A stretch of 64,000 bases of DNA, from NCBI GenBank assembly GCA_965215885.1, contig CBDCEW010000098.1, positions 1-64,000 on the forward strand, in the 5' to 3' direction. Origin of the DNA: Candidatus Moanibacter sp. (GTDB taxonomy: Bacteria; Verrucomicrobiota; Verrucomicrobiia; Opitutales; UBA2987). Shown here one piece after another: positions 41,541 to 52,249 of the stretch. The position numbers were made by a program, and so were the translations under genes. The first letter of the stretch is position 1. The number at the start of each line of letters is the position of its first letter. Under the pieces are notes generated by a model that was not told the origin of the DNA, did not search any database, and was given only the letters and a program-made list of their open reading frames with translations.

Positions 41541-42448
41541 ACTAAAAAATCCTTAACCAACTCTGGCGTCAACTCTGACACTTCATCCCCGGCGTCTTCG
41601 AGGAGGTAATGTCCGGCATCGGGAAAGGTGTGGACCTTGGCGTTGGGAAAGCGCGCTTTCCATCCCTCGAGGAAGGCCTCGGTAAAGACAAAGTCACGCA
41701 ACCCCCAACAGATGAGCATCGGCTTGTCCTGGAGCTTGGGGAGATTCGCTTCTACGGCGCGCATCGCTCCGTGGGAGGGATGCTTCGCGTTCAAGGGTAT
41801 GTCCTGAACGAATCGATGGGTCGCGATGCGGTTTCTCCAACTGTTGTAGGGATAGAGATATCCACGCCTGACTTCGGCAGGCATCGCATTCGTCACGGCC
41901 ATGTGGACGGCCATACCGGCGAATGCGTTGAATTCGCGAATGAGATAAGCGCCGAGGAGTGGCGTTCGGCATAGCTTGAGCCGAAGCGGAATGTCCTGTG
42001 AGAGAAAGGCGGTTGTATTCAGGACGACAATCTTCTCGACTCGGTCCGGCATTTTCCCAGCCAAGGCGAATCCGATCGGACCTCCCCAATCGTGCACAAC
42101 GATGCTGAATCGCTCAAGATTGAGATAGTTCAGGAGTTCCTCCGCATTCCTGACATGGGTTTGAAGGCGATAGGGATATCGTTGAGGTTTGCTGGAAAGG
42201 CCACACCCGATATGGTCCGGCACGATACAGCGGTGGTGATCTCTCAATCTGGTGACCAGTTTGCGATAGTAGAATGACCAGGTGGGATTGCCATGGAACA
42301 TTACCACTGCCGGACCTTCTCCTTCATCTAGATAGTGGTAGCGAAGTGGAGCCGAATCTCCCCCACCCTTTTCGGCATTCCTCTCCAGATCCAGATAATG
42401 TGAGGCAAAGGGATAGAGGGGTCGGAGATCGTCCGGAAGCAGGTACAT
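41537..42448 (-). CDS. oleB: OleB-like alpha/beta hydrolase (haloalkane dehalogenase fold)
   Basis: HGNPTWS, VHDWGG, GHYLLED; directly downstream of oleA. Confidence 0.8.
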   Translation of the reverse strand: MYLLPDDLRPLYPFASHYLDLERNAEKGGGDSAPLRYHYLDEGEGPAVVMFHGNPTWSFYYRKLVTRLRDHHRCIVPDHIGCGLSSKPQRYPYRLQTHVRNAEELLNYLNLERFSIVVHDWGGPIGFALAGKMPDRVEKIVVLNTTAFLSQDIPLRLKLCRTPLLGAYLIREFNAFAGMAVHMAVTNAMPAEVRRGYLYPYNSWRNRIATHRFVQDIPLNAKHPSHGAMRAVEANLPKLQDKPMLICWGLRDFVFTEAFLEGWKARFPNAKVHTFPDAGHYLLEDAGDEVSELTPELVKDFLV

Positions 42449-42504
42449 CTGTTTTTTCGCACCTCAGTTTCAATATTAGGAAAGCGTATTGTGCGAAAAA
42501 AATG

Positions 42505-43539
42505 TCACCATTCCATGGCCAGCATCATGGAGCTGAGACCGCTTCCGATGCCGAGGAGGGCGACACTGTCTCCAGTCTTTATATTTGCGGTTTCGGCGGC
42601 GAGGGCCAGGGTAAGAGGAAGGGAGACAGAGCCGACATTTCCCATCGTTTCAAACGAAGTGTAGTCCTTCTCCACATCCAACCCAAGGGCTTCGAACAGC
42701 CTTCTCTGATGGGCTCTCCCAACCTGGTGCGTAATGACTCGATCTGGAGTCGATTCATTCCAGCCGGAAATTTCCTTAAAATTCTCCCAGGCTCTCTCCG
42801 CCACCTCGATTCCCGCATTGAGCAACTCCTCTGAATTGGTCTGCATCTCAAGGCCGCTTCCACCGGCCGTGTCTCCTTCGCAGAGTTGGTTATGGCGGGT
42901 ATCGGTTTCGACGACCCCGCAGAGGAGCCGCGGCTTACTCGCGCCGACGAGAGAGTCGTGGCAGAGGACGGCCGCGGCAGAACCGGCTCCAACCGTAAGG
43001 TTGGCGAAGAACGGCTTTATGGAATTTCGATCGAGGTTCGGATCGAGGAGCTGCTCGAGGGTGCGCTCGACGAGGGGCCGGCCATCCTCTCCCGCCACAA
43101 TCAACGCCCTTCGAATCTGCCCGGAATCAATCATACTCCCAGTGAGCGCCATGGCATTGACGAAACCGAGGCAGGCATTGGATAGATCAAAGATCTGGGT
43201 ATGCGGGGCGAGGTCCAACCTCTGGTGAACATACGCCGCGGTGGCCGGCTCCAGTCGGTCGCGGCAAACACCGGTATGGACCACAAGATCAAAGTCATTC
43301 CGATCAAAGACGCTGAGCTTAAGAGCCTCTTGACCCGCCATTGCACTGGCCTCCGAGGCAAGTACAGGCCTCTCCCAGAATCGCCTCTCCCGAATACCGG
43401 TCATCAACTCGAGGCGGCCGTAAGGCAGCCCCAAACGATCATAGAGCGGCGCCAACCGCAGTTCGATCTCTTCAGATGTCCAACGCTCGGGGGGAAGCAC
43501 GTAAGCGATTGATTCAAGGCAGACGTGTCTGAAGTTCAT
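42505..43539 (-). CDS. oleA: OleA-like KAS III/thiolase condensing enzyme
   Basis: RLEPATA glutamate, SNACLG cysteine, THQVG histidine, GNVG asparagine, LLGIGSGL. Confidence 0.85.
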   Translation of the reverse strand: MNFRHVCLESIAYVLPPERWTSEEIELRLAPLYDRLGLPYGRLELMTGIRERRFWERPVLASEASAMAGQEALKLSVFDRNDFDLVVHTGVCRDRLEPATAAYVHQRLDLAPHTQIFDLSNACLGFVNAMALTGSMIDSGQIRRALIVAGEDGRPLVERTLEQLLDPNLDRNSIKPFFANLTVGAGSAAAVLCHDSLVGASKPRLLCGVVETDTRHNQLCEGDTAGGSGLEMQTNSEELLNAGIEVAERAWENFKEISGWNESTPDRVITHQVGRAHQRRLFEALGLDVEKDYTSFETMGNVGSVSLPLTLALAAETANIKTGDSVALLGIGSGLSSMMLAMEW

Positions 43540-43784
43540 CCGAAATTTTTGCCTTGGGAATCTGTCGGACTTAGGGTCCGACAGATTCCTCTAAAGAAAA
43601 TGAATCTGAATTCCACGACAAAGCTCACGACAAGGTTCGCGACCCGTCGCCGCTCTGCTTTGCCGAGGCATGCAAGGTTACCAGAGTTTTCCGTGCCACC
43701 TTCTCCATTCGTGTCCATTCGCGTGCATCTGCGGTTCTCTTCTTCTTTTTTGATTGCGGCTTCTCTGCGCTAGCACATCCGTGG

Positions 43785-44624
43785 TTACTCCCTCTCTTCA
43801 ACCTGTTTTGCTTCCGGCGGCCTCGTAGCCGGACGCACGACCTCCTTGTCAAAATAATTCAGATCCATTCCCGCATTTACCACAATACCCTGCCCGTTAA
43901 TTCCGCTCGAGCGTTCACTGAGGAGAAAAAGGGCGGTATCGGCAACCTCCTGCGTAAGAACGCCCCGTTTTCGAAAAGTGAGCTTCTCGGCGTAGAGGTA
44001 ATTGTCGAGATATCCCGGGATACCGGCTGAGGCACTCGTCTTTAAGGGACCCGAGTTTACGGAGTTGAATCGAATTTCGCTGTCAGCGCTGAAGGATTTG
44101 GCCAGATTCCGCACGCAGCCCTCGAGTGCGGATTTAATGGGCGACATATAGCCGTAATTCTCCGCCGTCACGAGGGTGGATGATATTCCAATCGTAACAA
44201 TGGAGGCTTTCGTATTCAAGTATGGCTTAAAGGCGTTGCTGATTTCAACGAGGGAAAAGGCGGAGATCTGGGCAGCCTGAAGAAAGTCAGCTCGATCCGT
44301 TTCGTGAAACGGCTGGAGGCCACCGCTGTAGTTGGCAAAGGCCAAACTGTGCACGATTCCGTCAAGTGGCGTGAATTCGTCCCTTACCGAGTCCATCAGT
44401 CGTCCGATCTCCTCGGAATTCTCCACGTCGCAGGTGAAGACGGCCTTGTCGGCGAGTAATCCAGCCAACGATTCGCGACGCTTGTCCGAACGAACACTGT
44501 ATACGACCCGCGCGCCCTCTTCTTCCAGGGTCCTTGCAATGGAGTATGCAACGCTTTTCTTGTTGGCTACGCCAAAGACCAGGATCGTTTTGCCTCGGAG
44601 ATTGAGAAAGCTCATAGCCCGCAT
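43785..44624 (-). CDS. fabI: Enoyl-ACP reductase
   Basis: [17 protein letters not shown]...K, GPLKTSA. Confidence 0.85.
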   Translation of the reverse strand: MRAMSFLNLRGKTILVFGVANKKSVAYSIARTLEEEGARVVYSVRSDKRRESLAGLLADKAVFTCDVENSEEIGRLMDSVRDEFTPLDGIVHSLAFANYSGGLQPFHETDRADFLQAAQISAFSLVEISNAFKPYLNTKASIVTIGISSTLVTAENYGYMSPIKSALEGCVRNLAKSFSADSEIRFNSVNSGPLKTSASAGIPGYLDNYLYAEKLTFRKRGVLTQEVADTALFLLSERSSGINGQGIVVNAGMDLNYFDKEVVRPATRPPEAKQVEERE

Positions 44625-44649
44625 TTCTAACGAATTCCTATGAAGCCGT

Positions 44650-45087
44650 TCACTCTTCGATCATGGCGAGGGTGAATTCGATACTGAGAGCGAGCTTGCC
44701 GTCCTGTCTTCTAACGGTTCCGTAGAGCCGGTGGAATTTTCCCATGAGCGTTTCTATGAATCGCGCCTCGATCAGAATCTCATCACCCGGCTTCACCATA
44801 TTTTTGAACTTTGCCTCTTTTATACGCGATAGAATGGGGGTGCGGTCTTCCACACTCTCTCCTTTTTCACGGAATTTGCCGACCAAATAAACGGCGCCCG
44901 TTTGAAAGACTGCCTCACAGAGAAGAACTCCGGGCATAATCGGATTGCCTGGATAATGCCCAATGAAGTGCGGTTCCTCACCCCTGATCTTCCTCTTTGT
45001 GACGGCTTTTTCCTCCGTCACTTCAACGATCTCATCGATGAAAAGAAACGGGGGCCGGTGCGGGATGGTCTGAACAGTCAGATTCAA
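44650..45087 (-). CDS. fabZ: 3-hydroxyacyl-ACP dehydratase
   Basis: [11 protein letters not shown]...[17 protein letters not shown]. Confidence 0.9.
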   Translation of the reverse strand: MNLTVQTIPHRPPFLFIDEIVEVTEEKAVTKRKIRGEEPHFIGHYPGNPIMPGVLLCEAVFQTGAVYLVGKFREKGESVEDRTPILSRIKEAKFKNMVKPGDEILIEARFIETLMGKFHRLYGTVRRQDGKLALSIEFTLAMIEE

Positions 45088-46604
45088 TCTCTCGGACTTT
45101 TGCCCGAATGGCTGCTCGTCATTCTTTTGGAGAGTTCGGGCTGAAGTCCCTCTTGAAAATCGCCCAAAAGCTTGTCGATCTTATTGGCAACGATAACACC
45201 GTAATTAATCGCTCCAAGCCATCCAGACATGATAATGCCGACCGACCCGGCGTGAAAAAGACCTTTTATCTGTTGGGAAAGATTCATCGACACCTTTAAT
45301 CCTTCGAATTTCGTCCCGAAGGAAGTCCCTTTCATATGTTTCGTATAGTAATTGATGGTACGAGGGGTGGCGGCTTCCAGATGGTCGATCTTTTCGCGAA
45401 TTCCCGGTATCAATTTCTCCAATGAAGCGACCGATTCCTCGCAGAGCCTCTCTTTTTCGCGACGGTACTCTTCTTCACTCATTTTGGACCAATCGTCCCA
45501 CGTGCTGTTAAGCGAACAGACGACGGTGGTACGCGGCACTTTCAAATGCGGTCGAGTGGCCGGATAATAGACGGAATAGGTGCGACTGCTGGTGTTGAGA
45601 TCGGTCAATTCTTCCATGGAGAACTCCTTCGCCTCCGACGTGAATACGAGGTCGCCGATCTCCGGGATAGATTCGCCGCGTTTAAGGCCCATATAGACCT
45701 GGCACGAGCTTGTATTCGTTCGGACACTCTCCGCCTCCTTGACGAAGTCGGGCTCAAATTGCTCCCTTCCGACCAACCTCAGGATCGTGTTCTTAATATT
45801 CGCGTTTGAGAGGACAGCCTTGCAGCGCAGGAGCCGACCATTTACACGGACACCTCTGATCTGTTTCTGGCCTTCCCTTTTCTCCACAAAAACGTTTTCT
45901 ACAAGAGCGCGTCTGCGAAGGACAACCCCGTTGCTGCGGAGCTCCTTGACCATCTTTTTTATGAGGACATCGGTGCCCCCTCGAAATGTATACACGCCTT
46001 TGTTCATGAAATTCCCGAAGACGATCCCGAAAGTTATCGCTGGATCGTCCATCGTACTTCCGTTGGCATAGGCCATCGGCTCCATGAGAAGACGATGGAC
46101 ATCGGCGCGTCCGGGAAAAAACTGCTCGAAAAGCTCTCTCGTCGTCAGTGATGTGTCATCATAGAAATTCATAGCCTTTATCTGGTTGAAAAAGGCTTCC
46201 ACCTTCTCACGGGCGATTTTGAATTTCTCGTTCAGGAGCCCGGTAAAATGCTTTCGATCAAAGGTCGTCCAAATATTGAACTGTGGATTTATGAAGCGAA
46301 CATTCCTCAGTTGCACGATCGAGTCCGCGATTTCCTTTGTCCAGTATTTGCGGCACGACTTGATCATACCGATAGGAAAGCCGTGCAGGGAGATATCGAA
46401 AATGTGTCCGCCCTTCCGCTTAAACCAGGTCGCCAATCCTCCATATTGGTAGTGATGCTCGAGAAGAAGAACGGAGTGGCCGTTCTTGGCCAGGCAATTG
46501 GCTCCCGTCAGTCCGGCCAAACCACTGCCGATAACGATCACATCGTAGTATTCGGAAACGTCTGTCAGCCAGTCGCGAGCCATGGAGTTAGATTGATAGG
46601 ACAT
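45084..46604 (-). CDS. Phytoene desaturase-like (CrtI-fold) FAD oxidoreductase
   Basis: VIGSGLAGL dinucleotide motif, ATPRT..YY...G..FG, GLFHAG. Confidence 0.85.
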   Translation of the reverse strand: MSYQSNSMARDWLTDVSEYYDVIVIGSGLAGLTGANCLAKNGHSVLLLEHHYQYGGLATWFKRKGGHIFDISLHGFPIGMIKSCRKYWTKEIADSIVQLRNVRFINPQFNIWTTFDRKHFTGLLNEKFKIAREKVEAFFNQIKAMNFYDDTSLTTRELFEQFFPGRADVHRLLMEPMAYANGSTMDDPAITFGIVFGNFMNKGVYTFRGGTDVLIKKMVKELRSNGVVLRRRALVENVFVEKREGQKQIRGVRVNGRLLRCKAVLSNANIKNTILRLVGREQFEPDFVKEAESVRTNTSSCQVYMGLKRGESIPEIGDLVFTSEAKEFSMEELTDLNTSSRTYSVYYPATRPHLKVPRTTVVCSLNSTWDDWSKMSEEEYRREKERLCEESVASLEKLIPGIREKIDHLEAATPRTINYYTKHMKGTSFGTKFEGLKVSMNLSQQIKGLFHAGSVGIIMSGWLGAINYGVIVANKIDKLLGDFQEGLQPELSKRMTSSHSGKSPRD

Positions 46605-47259
46605 ACCCCGGGTTAGTAGATTCGTAAACCTCCTCCTATCACTATTGTCAGATGAACTTCAACAAAAAAAGAGTTCCGAGCCAGGGTTCGGAAAAAGAAA
46701 AGGGGTCACAGAGCACCACTGAGAAGCACAGAGGCACACAGAGCGGACCAAGGTGGAAGAAGTGGGAGGTATGAAAATACGATTGTTTTCTTATGAAGAA
46801 ATTTCTAAGCCGCAGATATAACCCGTTGATGGTCAAGAAATATGGTTCTGTTAATCAAAAGAGAACGTTAAGCTTAAAAGTTGAATGGATCAGAGATTTC
46901 AGATGACACAAATTGAGCCCTGCCTTGTCATTCCCCATCCGTCGTACGGCGGAGTCCCGGCGGGGTATTCTTCTCCCATATTTGCAACTTTGCGGCTTTG
47001 GTGGAGAACTCTTTCCTCTTTCTCTCCGTTTTCCTTTGTTTCCTTCTGTTCAATTCTCTTCTCCATGTAAGGACCTACGAGTTTAGTTGCAGCTACCCTG
47101 CGCCAAGCTTCCTTTGGCACGGCGCAGCGGAGCAGAGACGGCTCCGTGTTCCTCTGTGACCCTGATTTCGCAACGATTTAACCCTTTATTTCTACCATCC
47201 TTCAATACCAGTTCTTCGCATAGTGCAAAGAAGCTTCAAAGAACAGACTCCCTCGCCGT

Positions 47260-48522
47260 TCAACCCGACAGGAACCGATGAGAGAGATAAAGAATGGAGA
47301 AGCCGGTTAGATAGACCAATCCCATCCAACTCAGAATCCGCATAAAGAGGCCCGGCTGCATCTCTTTTGGGGTATGAAGTGACGTAATGAGGCGATAATT
47401 GAGAAAGGCGAGTAGCGGGGCCACAAGAAAGGCGAGTATCGTGGCCATATCAATCATTTTCGTAAGGTTGAAAAAAAGGGAATGAATGACAAAAATCTCG
47501 ATAACGAAACCCACTCCGATTACAATCCACCGCACGGTTGTCTCGCGAATACGAACCGCGGATATGGCGAGCTTTATGCCGAGGCTTATGGCACGCGGCG
47601 TTGCATCGATCACGGTAAGCGTGGTGGAATACATGGTTGTAAACGCAGCCAGTCCTATTAAGGGAAGCGCCCAGGCACCGAGAGTCTCACTATATAGGTT
47701 GAGGAGCTGCTTGACGAAAAGAGTGCCCTGATCCGAAAACTCCTCTCCAGAACCATGCAGGACAAGTGCGCCGAGCGCAAGAAAGAGGAGGGCCAGAGCA
47801 ACCGATAAGAGGAAGCCGAATCTGAAGTCGTAGATTGCTTCATCAAATCTAATTCGCCGCTGTTGCCTCCTCTCCTTGGCTCCGATCCAAAGCGATTGAA
47901 AGACGGCTAATTCAATCGGTGCCGGCATCCATCCCATGAGCGCGATAAGAAACCCCAGATTCGCCAGATTCCAAGGGGAGGGACTTCTGAATTCCGGGGC
48001 AGCCACGGGACCGTTGAAAAGGGCGATCAGGAAAGCCGCCGCGGTGGCACTCACGAGCAGAAGAATAAATACTTTCATTATTCTCTCTAACCAGATGTAT
48101 TCACCCAGGAGCAGAATACCGACGCAGGACAAGAGAATCAGGATGGCCCATATTGATAAATGCCAATTGCTCGAGAGGAGGTATTTGGCAAGGTAGGCAG
48201 TCAACACGGTGATCCCCGCGATACCAATTATGCCGACTATGATCTGAATAACGAGATAGAGATAAAGAAACCCTCTTCCCATGCGCCGATATCCGTGGAG
48301 CAGACTTTCCCGAGTCGCAACAGTGTAACGATGCCCGTATTCAAAGAACGGGTACTTGAGGAGATTTATCAGGAGCACCAGAATTAGAAGCTGAAATCCA
48401 AAGGACGCACCTGCCCGGGTTGATTGGACAAGATGTGATACCCCAATGGCAGCTCCGGCCATAAGGAGACCTGGGCCGAGTTTCCTGAGAGGACCTTCAA
48501 CAGGTGATGATTCGCCCCGCAT
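47260..48522 (-). CDS. Nramp-superfamily membrane transporter
   Basis: GPGLLMAGAAIGVSHLVQSTRAG, GWMPAP, ~11 TM helices. Confidence 0.8.
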   Translation of the reverse strand: MRGESSPVEGPLRKLGPGLLMAGAAIGVSHLVQSTRAGASFGFQLLILVLLINLLKYPFFEYGHRYTVATRESLLHGYRRMGRGFLYLYLVIQIIVGIIGIAGITVLTAYLAKYLLSSNWHLSIWAILILLSCVGILLLGEYIWLERIMKVFILLLVSATAAAFLIALFNGPVAAPEFRSPSPWNLANLGFLIALMGWMPAPIELAVFQSLWIGAKERRQQRRIRFDEAIYDFRFGFLLSVALALLFLALGALVLHGSGEEFSDQGTLFVKQLLNLYSETLGAWALPLIGLAAFTTMYSTTLTVIDATPRAISLGIKLAISAVRIRETTVRWIVIGVGFVIEIFVIHSLFFNLTKMIDMATILAFLVAPLLAFLNYRLITSLHTPKEMQPGLFMRILSWMGLVYLTGFSILYLSHRFLSG

Positions 48523-48610
48523 CTTTGCACTCGCCGAATCCAATTCGATCAGATATTCGACCCTGTAGAACATTGCACAACACGGTCCATGGCAAGTTCG
48601 GAGTTCTAAG

Positions 48611-49666
48611 ATGAATAAAGAAGAGCTACGGGAACAGTATCCGAAGCTTCTCTTTCTTGATGAAGCGGACCTCGAATCCCTGTCCGGCTATCTTCGCGCC
48701 TTGCACGTGATCCGTGAAGGAGACCGAGTGACGGGCCGAGAGATACCGGGAGCCGGCAACATGAATTACACACTTCGGGTATTCACTCAGGAGGGCTCTT
48801 TCATTCTCAAACAAGCGCGACCGTGGGTGGAGAAATACCCGGAGATCGAGGCACCATGGGACCGCGTATTATCGGAAGCGGAATTCTATGAGCGTGCACG
48901 GGGTCAGCCCGAATTGGCCGAACGCATGCCCCATCTACTTGCGGTGGATGCACAATCGAGGATTCTCGTAATCACGGATCTTGGATCGGCGAGCGACTTT
49001 ACCGATATCTACTCGGATCGACCGCCCTCGGACCTGGAGTTTTCCGAACTGGCGGAGTGGCTTTCATCTCTGCACAACTGTGTATTCGGTGAAGCGGAGC
49101 GAAAGCGTCTCAGAAACCGGGGGATGCGCACTCTAAATCACGAACACATTTTCAACTTCCCGCTTCGAGCAGACAATGGACTCGATCTGGACTCGATCAC
49201 TTCCGGTTTAAAGGAAAAAGCAGAAGAGTTCGTGGAAGATGGCATTTTCGTGAAGGCGGTTCAGGCAGTCGGCGCAATTTACCTTTCCGATGGCCCAACA
49301 CTGGTGCACGGCGATTTTTTTCCTGGAAGCTGGTTGCGTAGCGAAAAAGGCACACACGTCATCGATGCGGAATTCTGTTTCTTTGGTGTCGGCGAATTCG
49401 ATGTAGGGGTCTGTTGCGCACACTTTTGCCTGGCGCGCCTCCACGGCGGCGCTTTGACAAAATTCCTCGAATCGTATTCCGGCAGCATTTCCTTCGATCA
49501 GCGATTAATGAAGCAATTTGCCGGCGTAGAGATTATGCGACGCCTGATCGGCGTGGCCCAACTCCCCTTGACCTATGGTCTCAAGGAGAAAGTTGAGCTG
49601 CTCTCGCTCTCCCGGCGCCTCGTCCTCAATCCAGAAGATTCCGATTTTTCAGTTGAAGAGATTTGA
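48611..49666 (+). CDS. Methylthioribose kinase-like phosphotransferase
   Basis: GAGNMNY, LKQARP, HGDF, VIDAEF, GVEIMRRLIGVA. Confidence 0.75.
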   Translation: MNKEELREQYPKLLFLDEADLESLSGYLRALHVIREGDRVTGREIPGAGNMNYTLRVFTQEGSFILKQARPWVEKYPEIEAPWDRVLSEAEFYERARGQPELAERMPHLLAVDAQSRILVITDLGSASDFTDIYSDRPPSDLEFSELAEWLSSLHNCVFGEAERKRLRNRGMRTLNHEHIFNFPLRADNGLDLDSITSGLKEKAEEFVEDGIFVKAVQAVGAIYLSDGPTLVHGDFFPGSWLRSEKGTHVIDAEFCFFGVGEFDVGVCCAHFCLARLHGGALTKFLESYSGSISFDQRLMKQFAGVEIMRRLIGVAQLPLTYGLKEKVELLSLSRRLVLNPEDSDFSVEEI

Positions 49667-50196
49667 ACAGAAGGAAACAGAGGAAAACGGAGAGTAAGAG
49701 GAAAGAATTCTCACGCAACGGTCTTCGACCCGCAAGCGGCACTACGCCCTGTCAAGAAGACTATGGTCTCAAGTTGAGGCCGTTCCTCGGGAGATGAAGA
49801 GAGAGAGACACGGAGAGTAAGAGGAAAGACGACTTCGACCCGGGGATCAAGAAGACGCAAAGGGGGAGATGAAGAAGAGAGACACGGGAGATGGGGAGAG
49901 TGGGATGCTGATCGATTTTCCCGTCGTGAATCATAATCGTGGTCTCCGTCAAAATGGATTCGACAAGGTTCGGGACCCGTCGTCGCTGTGCTTTGCCGAG
50001 GCAGGCAGGGTTTCCCTTTCGGGTTGTTCCGCGTAATTGGAAAATTAAAGTAAAGGAAGGGCACTGGTCACGTTTGTTCAAACCTCGTCGCAAACGTTCT
50101 CGAGAACCTTGCATCCCTCGGCATAGCGGAGGCACGACGGATGAGGGGAATTTGGTCAATCTTTGGCTGCAATCATAATCGCAGTCGAAAAGCGGG

Positions 50197-51132
50197 CTAG
50201 CTTCTCGGATGGGCCTTACGGTGCGCTTCTTTGAGGCGGGCAACACCGACATGAGTATAAATTTGTGTAGTTGAGAGGCTGGCGTGGCCAAGTAATTCCT
50301 GAACGGATCGAAGGTCGGCTCCACGGCTAAGCAAATGGGTGGCATATGAATGGCGTATTTTGTGAGGCGACATATCCATCGGCAGTTCCGCGAGGCTGAG
50401 ATACTTCTTTACCATTTTCTGCACAAACCGCACGCTAATCCGCTTTCCGTTGCGGTGTACCAGGACGGGGCTATCGAAGCCACTATCCGGCACATATTGC
50501 TCTCTAAAAGTGCGCAGACAGGCCATAGCCACTCTTCCCAATGGACACAGCCGCTCCTTATTGCCCTTCCCAAGAATCCTCGCAACGCCGGTTTCCTCAT
50601 CGATCATACCGTTATTGAGTTGAACCAGTTCGCTCACTCTGAGTCCACCGCCGTAGAGCAGTTCCAACGCGAGCCGATCCCTCCAGGCCTGGAAAGGGGT
50701 AGCTGACTTTTCATTGAGGAGCAGCATCGGTCCCGAAAGGAGGTGAGAAATCTGACTCTCAGTAAGAAATTTCGGGAGTGATTTCCGAACCTTGGGAAGG
50801 ATCGCTCCTACGAACGGATTCGATCGCACGAACTTTTCCTGAAGAAGAAACCTGAAAAATGAACGCAGGGCTGAAATGCGGTTGTGAATGGTCCTTCTCG
50901 ATAGTTGATGCTGGCTCTCAATAATGTAATCACGAACCAGTGTCTCGTCGACTTCTCCCAGGTCTCCGCTCCAGATTCCGGTTTTCCGCAGCCACCGGAA
51001 AAAATGAGCCAGGGAATTTCGGTAATTTTTCACGGTGTGGAGCGAGAGTCTCCTCTCTAAGGACAGCTTATCCAGAAATCGCCGACTCAGGATGGTCTCC
51101 GGAGAGAGGCAGGGTTCAGGTGAACTATCCAC
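50197..51132 (-). CDS. xerC: Tyrosine recombinase XerC
   Basis: GLRVSEL, GKGNKER, HKIRHSYATH, LLGHASLSTTQIYTHV, terminal AHPRS. Confidence 0.85.
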   Translation of the reverse strand: MDSSPEPCLSPETILSRRFLDKLSLERRLSLHTVKNYRNSLAHFFRWLRKTGIWSGDLGEVDETLVRDYIIESQHQLSRRTIHNRISALRSFFRFLLQEKFVRSNPFVGAILPKVRKSLPKFLTESQISHLLSGPMLLLNEKSATPFQAWRDRLALELLYGGGLRVSELVQLNNGMIDEETGVARILGKGNKERLCPLGRVAMACLRTFREQYVPDSGFDSPVLVHRNGKRISVRFVQKMVKKYLSLAELPMDMSPHKIRHSYATHLLSRGADLRSVQELLGHASLSTTQIYTHVGVARLKEAHRKAHPRS

Positions 51133-51221
51133 TTTTGTCTCGGAATTACCCCGTTCCGGTATAAACGTGTTTAGCGTGATGGCAAATACCTTTGTTCGAT
51201 ATTCGAAACAAGGGTTCAAGC

Positions 51222-51363
51222 CTGAATGGCACTAACCGAATGTAAGAATCGCTCGCAAGCGAGCTTCCTACGACGAACGTAAGTTTTTGTAGGAAGGCCG
51301 CTTGCGGCCGAATCGGGAACATCGGTGATCACCGTAACGATCCCTTAATTTAGTGCCATTCGG
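51222..51363. mobile_element. 142-bp MITE-like element containing a GTAG REP pair
   Basis: IR CTGAATGGCACTAA/TTAGTGCCATTCGG; TTCAAGC duplicated at 51215-51221 and 51364-51370. Confidence 0.75.
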
Positions 51364-51443
51364 TTCAAGCCTTAGAAGTGAATTCTGCTGAAAACCCCCA
51401 AGTTTTTGTCCCGGATTCCGAGACCACGACTTTCTCACCTGAA

Positions 51444-51998
51444 TCAATCCAAACCCAACACTTTCCGGCCTTCTTCAGAAATCATATGTGGGGTCCAAAG
51501 CGGGTCCCAGACGATTTGCACATCCGCGGAATTCACCCTCGGTATTCCCTCGATTTTTGCTTTCGCGTCGGCTGCAATGGCCGGCCCCATTCCGCATCCT
51601 TGAGCGGTCAAAGTCATCTTTACCTCCACTCGGCAATGTCCGTCATCCTGATCGAGTATATTCAAGTCGTAAATGAGGCCCAGATCAACAATGTTAACGG
51701 GGATTTCCGGATCGTAGCAGGTCTTCAAGGCATTCCAGACCCGATCTTCACTAAAACTGTCATCTTGCGACTCCTCCAATTGAAGACCCTGGCGAAATTT
51801 CTCGGCAAAAGCATCTCCCAACGCATCGACGTCCGACCTCTCCAGGCGAAACAGGCCCATGTCGGCTCGAATTGTTATCGATCCGCCTAAGGCCTGCGTA
51901 ACAATCACTCCCGTTCCCTTCGGAAGATTGATCTCATCTCCCGCCGGTATCAAAGTTACTCGACAGTCTCGAACCAGTTCTTGCTCTCGATTTTCCAT
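51444..51998 (-). CDS. sufT: Fe-S cluster assembly protein SufT (DUF59)
   Basis: ITQALGGS-like N-domain, YDPEIPVNIVDLGLIY, TLTAQGCGMG. Confidence 0.9.
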   Translation of the reverse strand: MENREQELVRDCRVTLIPAGDEINLPKGTGVIVTQALGGSITIRADMGLFRLERSDVDALGDAFAEKFRQGLQLEESQDDSFSEDRVWNALKTCYDPEIPVNIVDLGLIYDLNILDQDDGHCRVEVKMTLTAQGCGMGPAIAADAKAKIEGIPRVNSADVQIVWDPLWTPHMISEEGRKVLGLD

Positions 51999-52110
51999 GG
52001 TCGCTTCGAAACCGCTAAGCGGTATCTCTACATAAAGGAATTGGAGTACTTAGTAATAAGCCCTTATTTCGGAGTAAAGCAAATCATTTCCAGCCAGGCC
52101 GTATGAAAGG

Positions 52111-52249
52111 AGCTGAACCCAATCCCATTTTTAGGATTTCTCCCACTTTGGGCTGCCCGCCGTTGCCCAAGGACTTCGGAGGACGGGCCGCCCCATACCA
52201 CCGTGCCTGCCGGTGACCACAAGTCCCCAGCTCGAACAGAGTCTCAGTT
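52111..52249 (-). ncRNA. Candidate rod-shaped structured RNA (6S-like)
   Basis: Ends pair (ctgagactc/gggttcag); inner stem tggggcggcccgtc/ggcgggcagccca around an unpaired bubble; folded by eye only. Confidence 0.3.

Noticed and set aside
45084..46604. Carotenoid biosynthesis (crtI)
   Set aside because: No crtB or crtE nearby; the context is fatty-acid and olefin genes.
50197..51132. This tyrosine recombinase as the integron integrase
   Set aside because: It has XerC features (HPRS tail, sufT neighbour) and lacks the IntI C-terminus and adjacent att sites.
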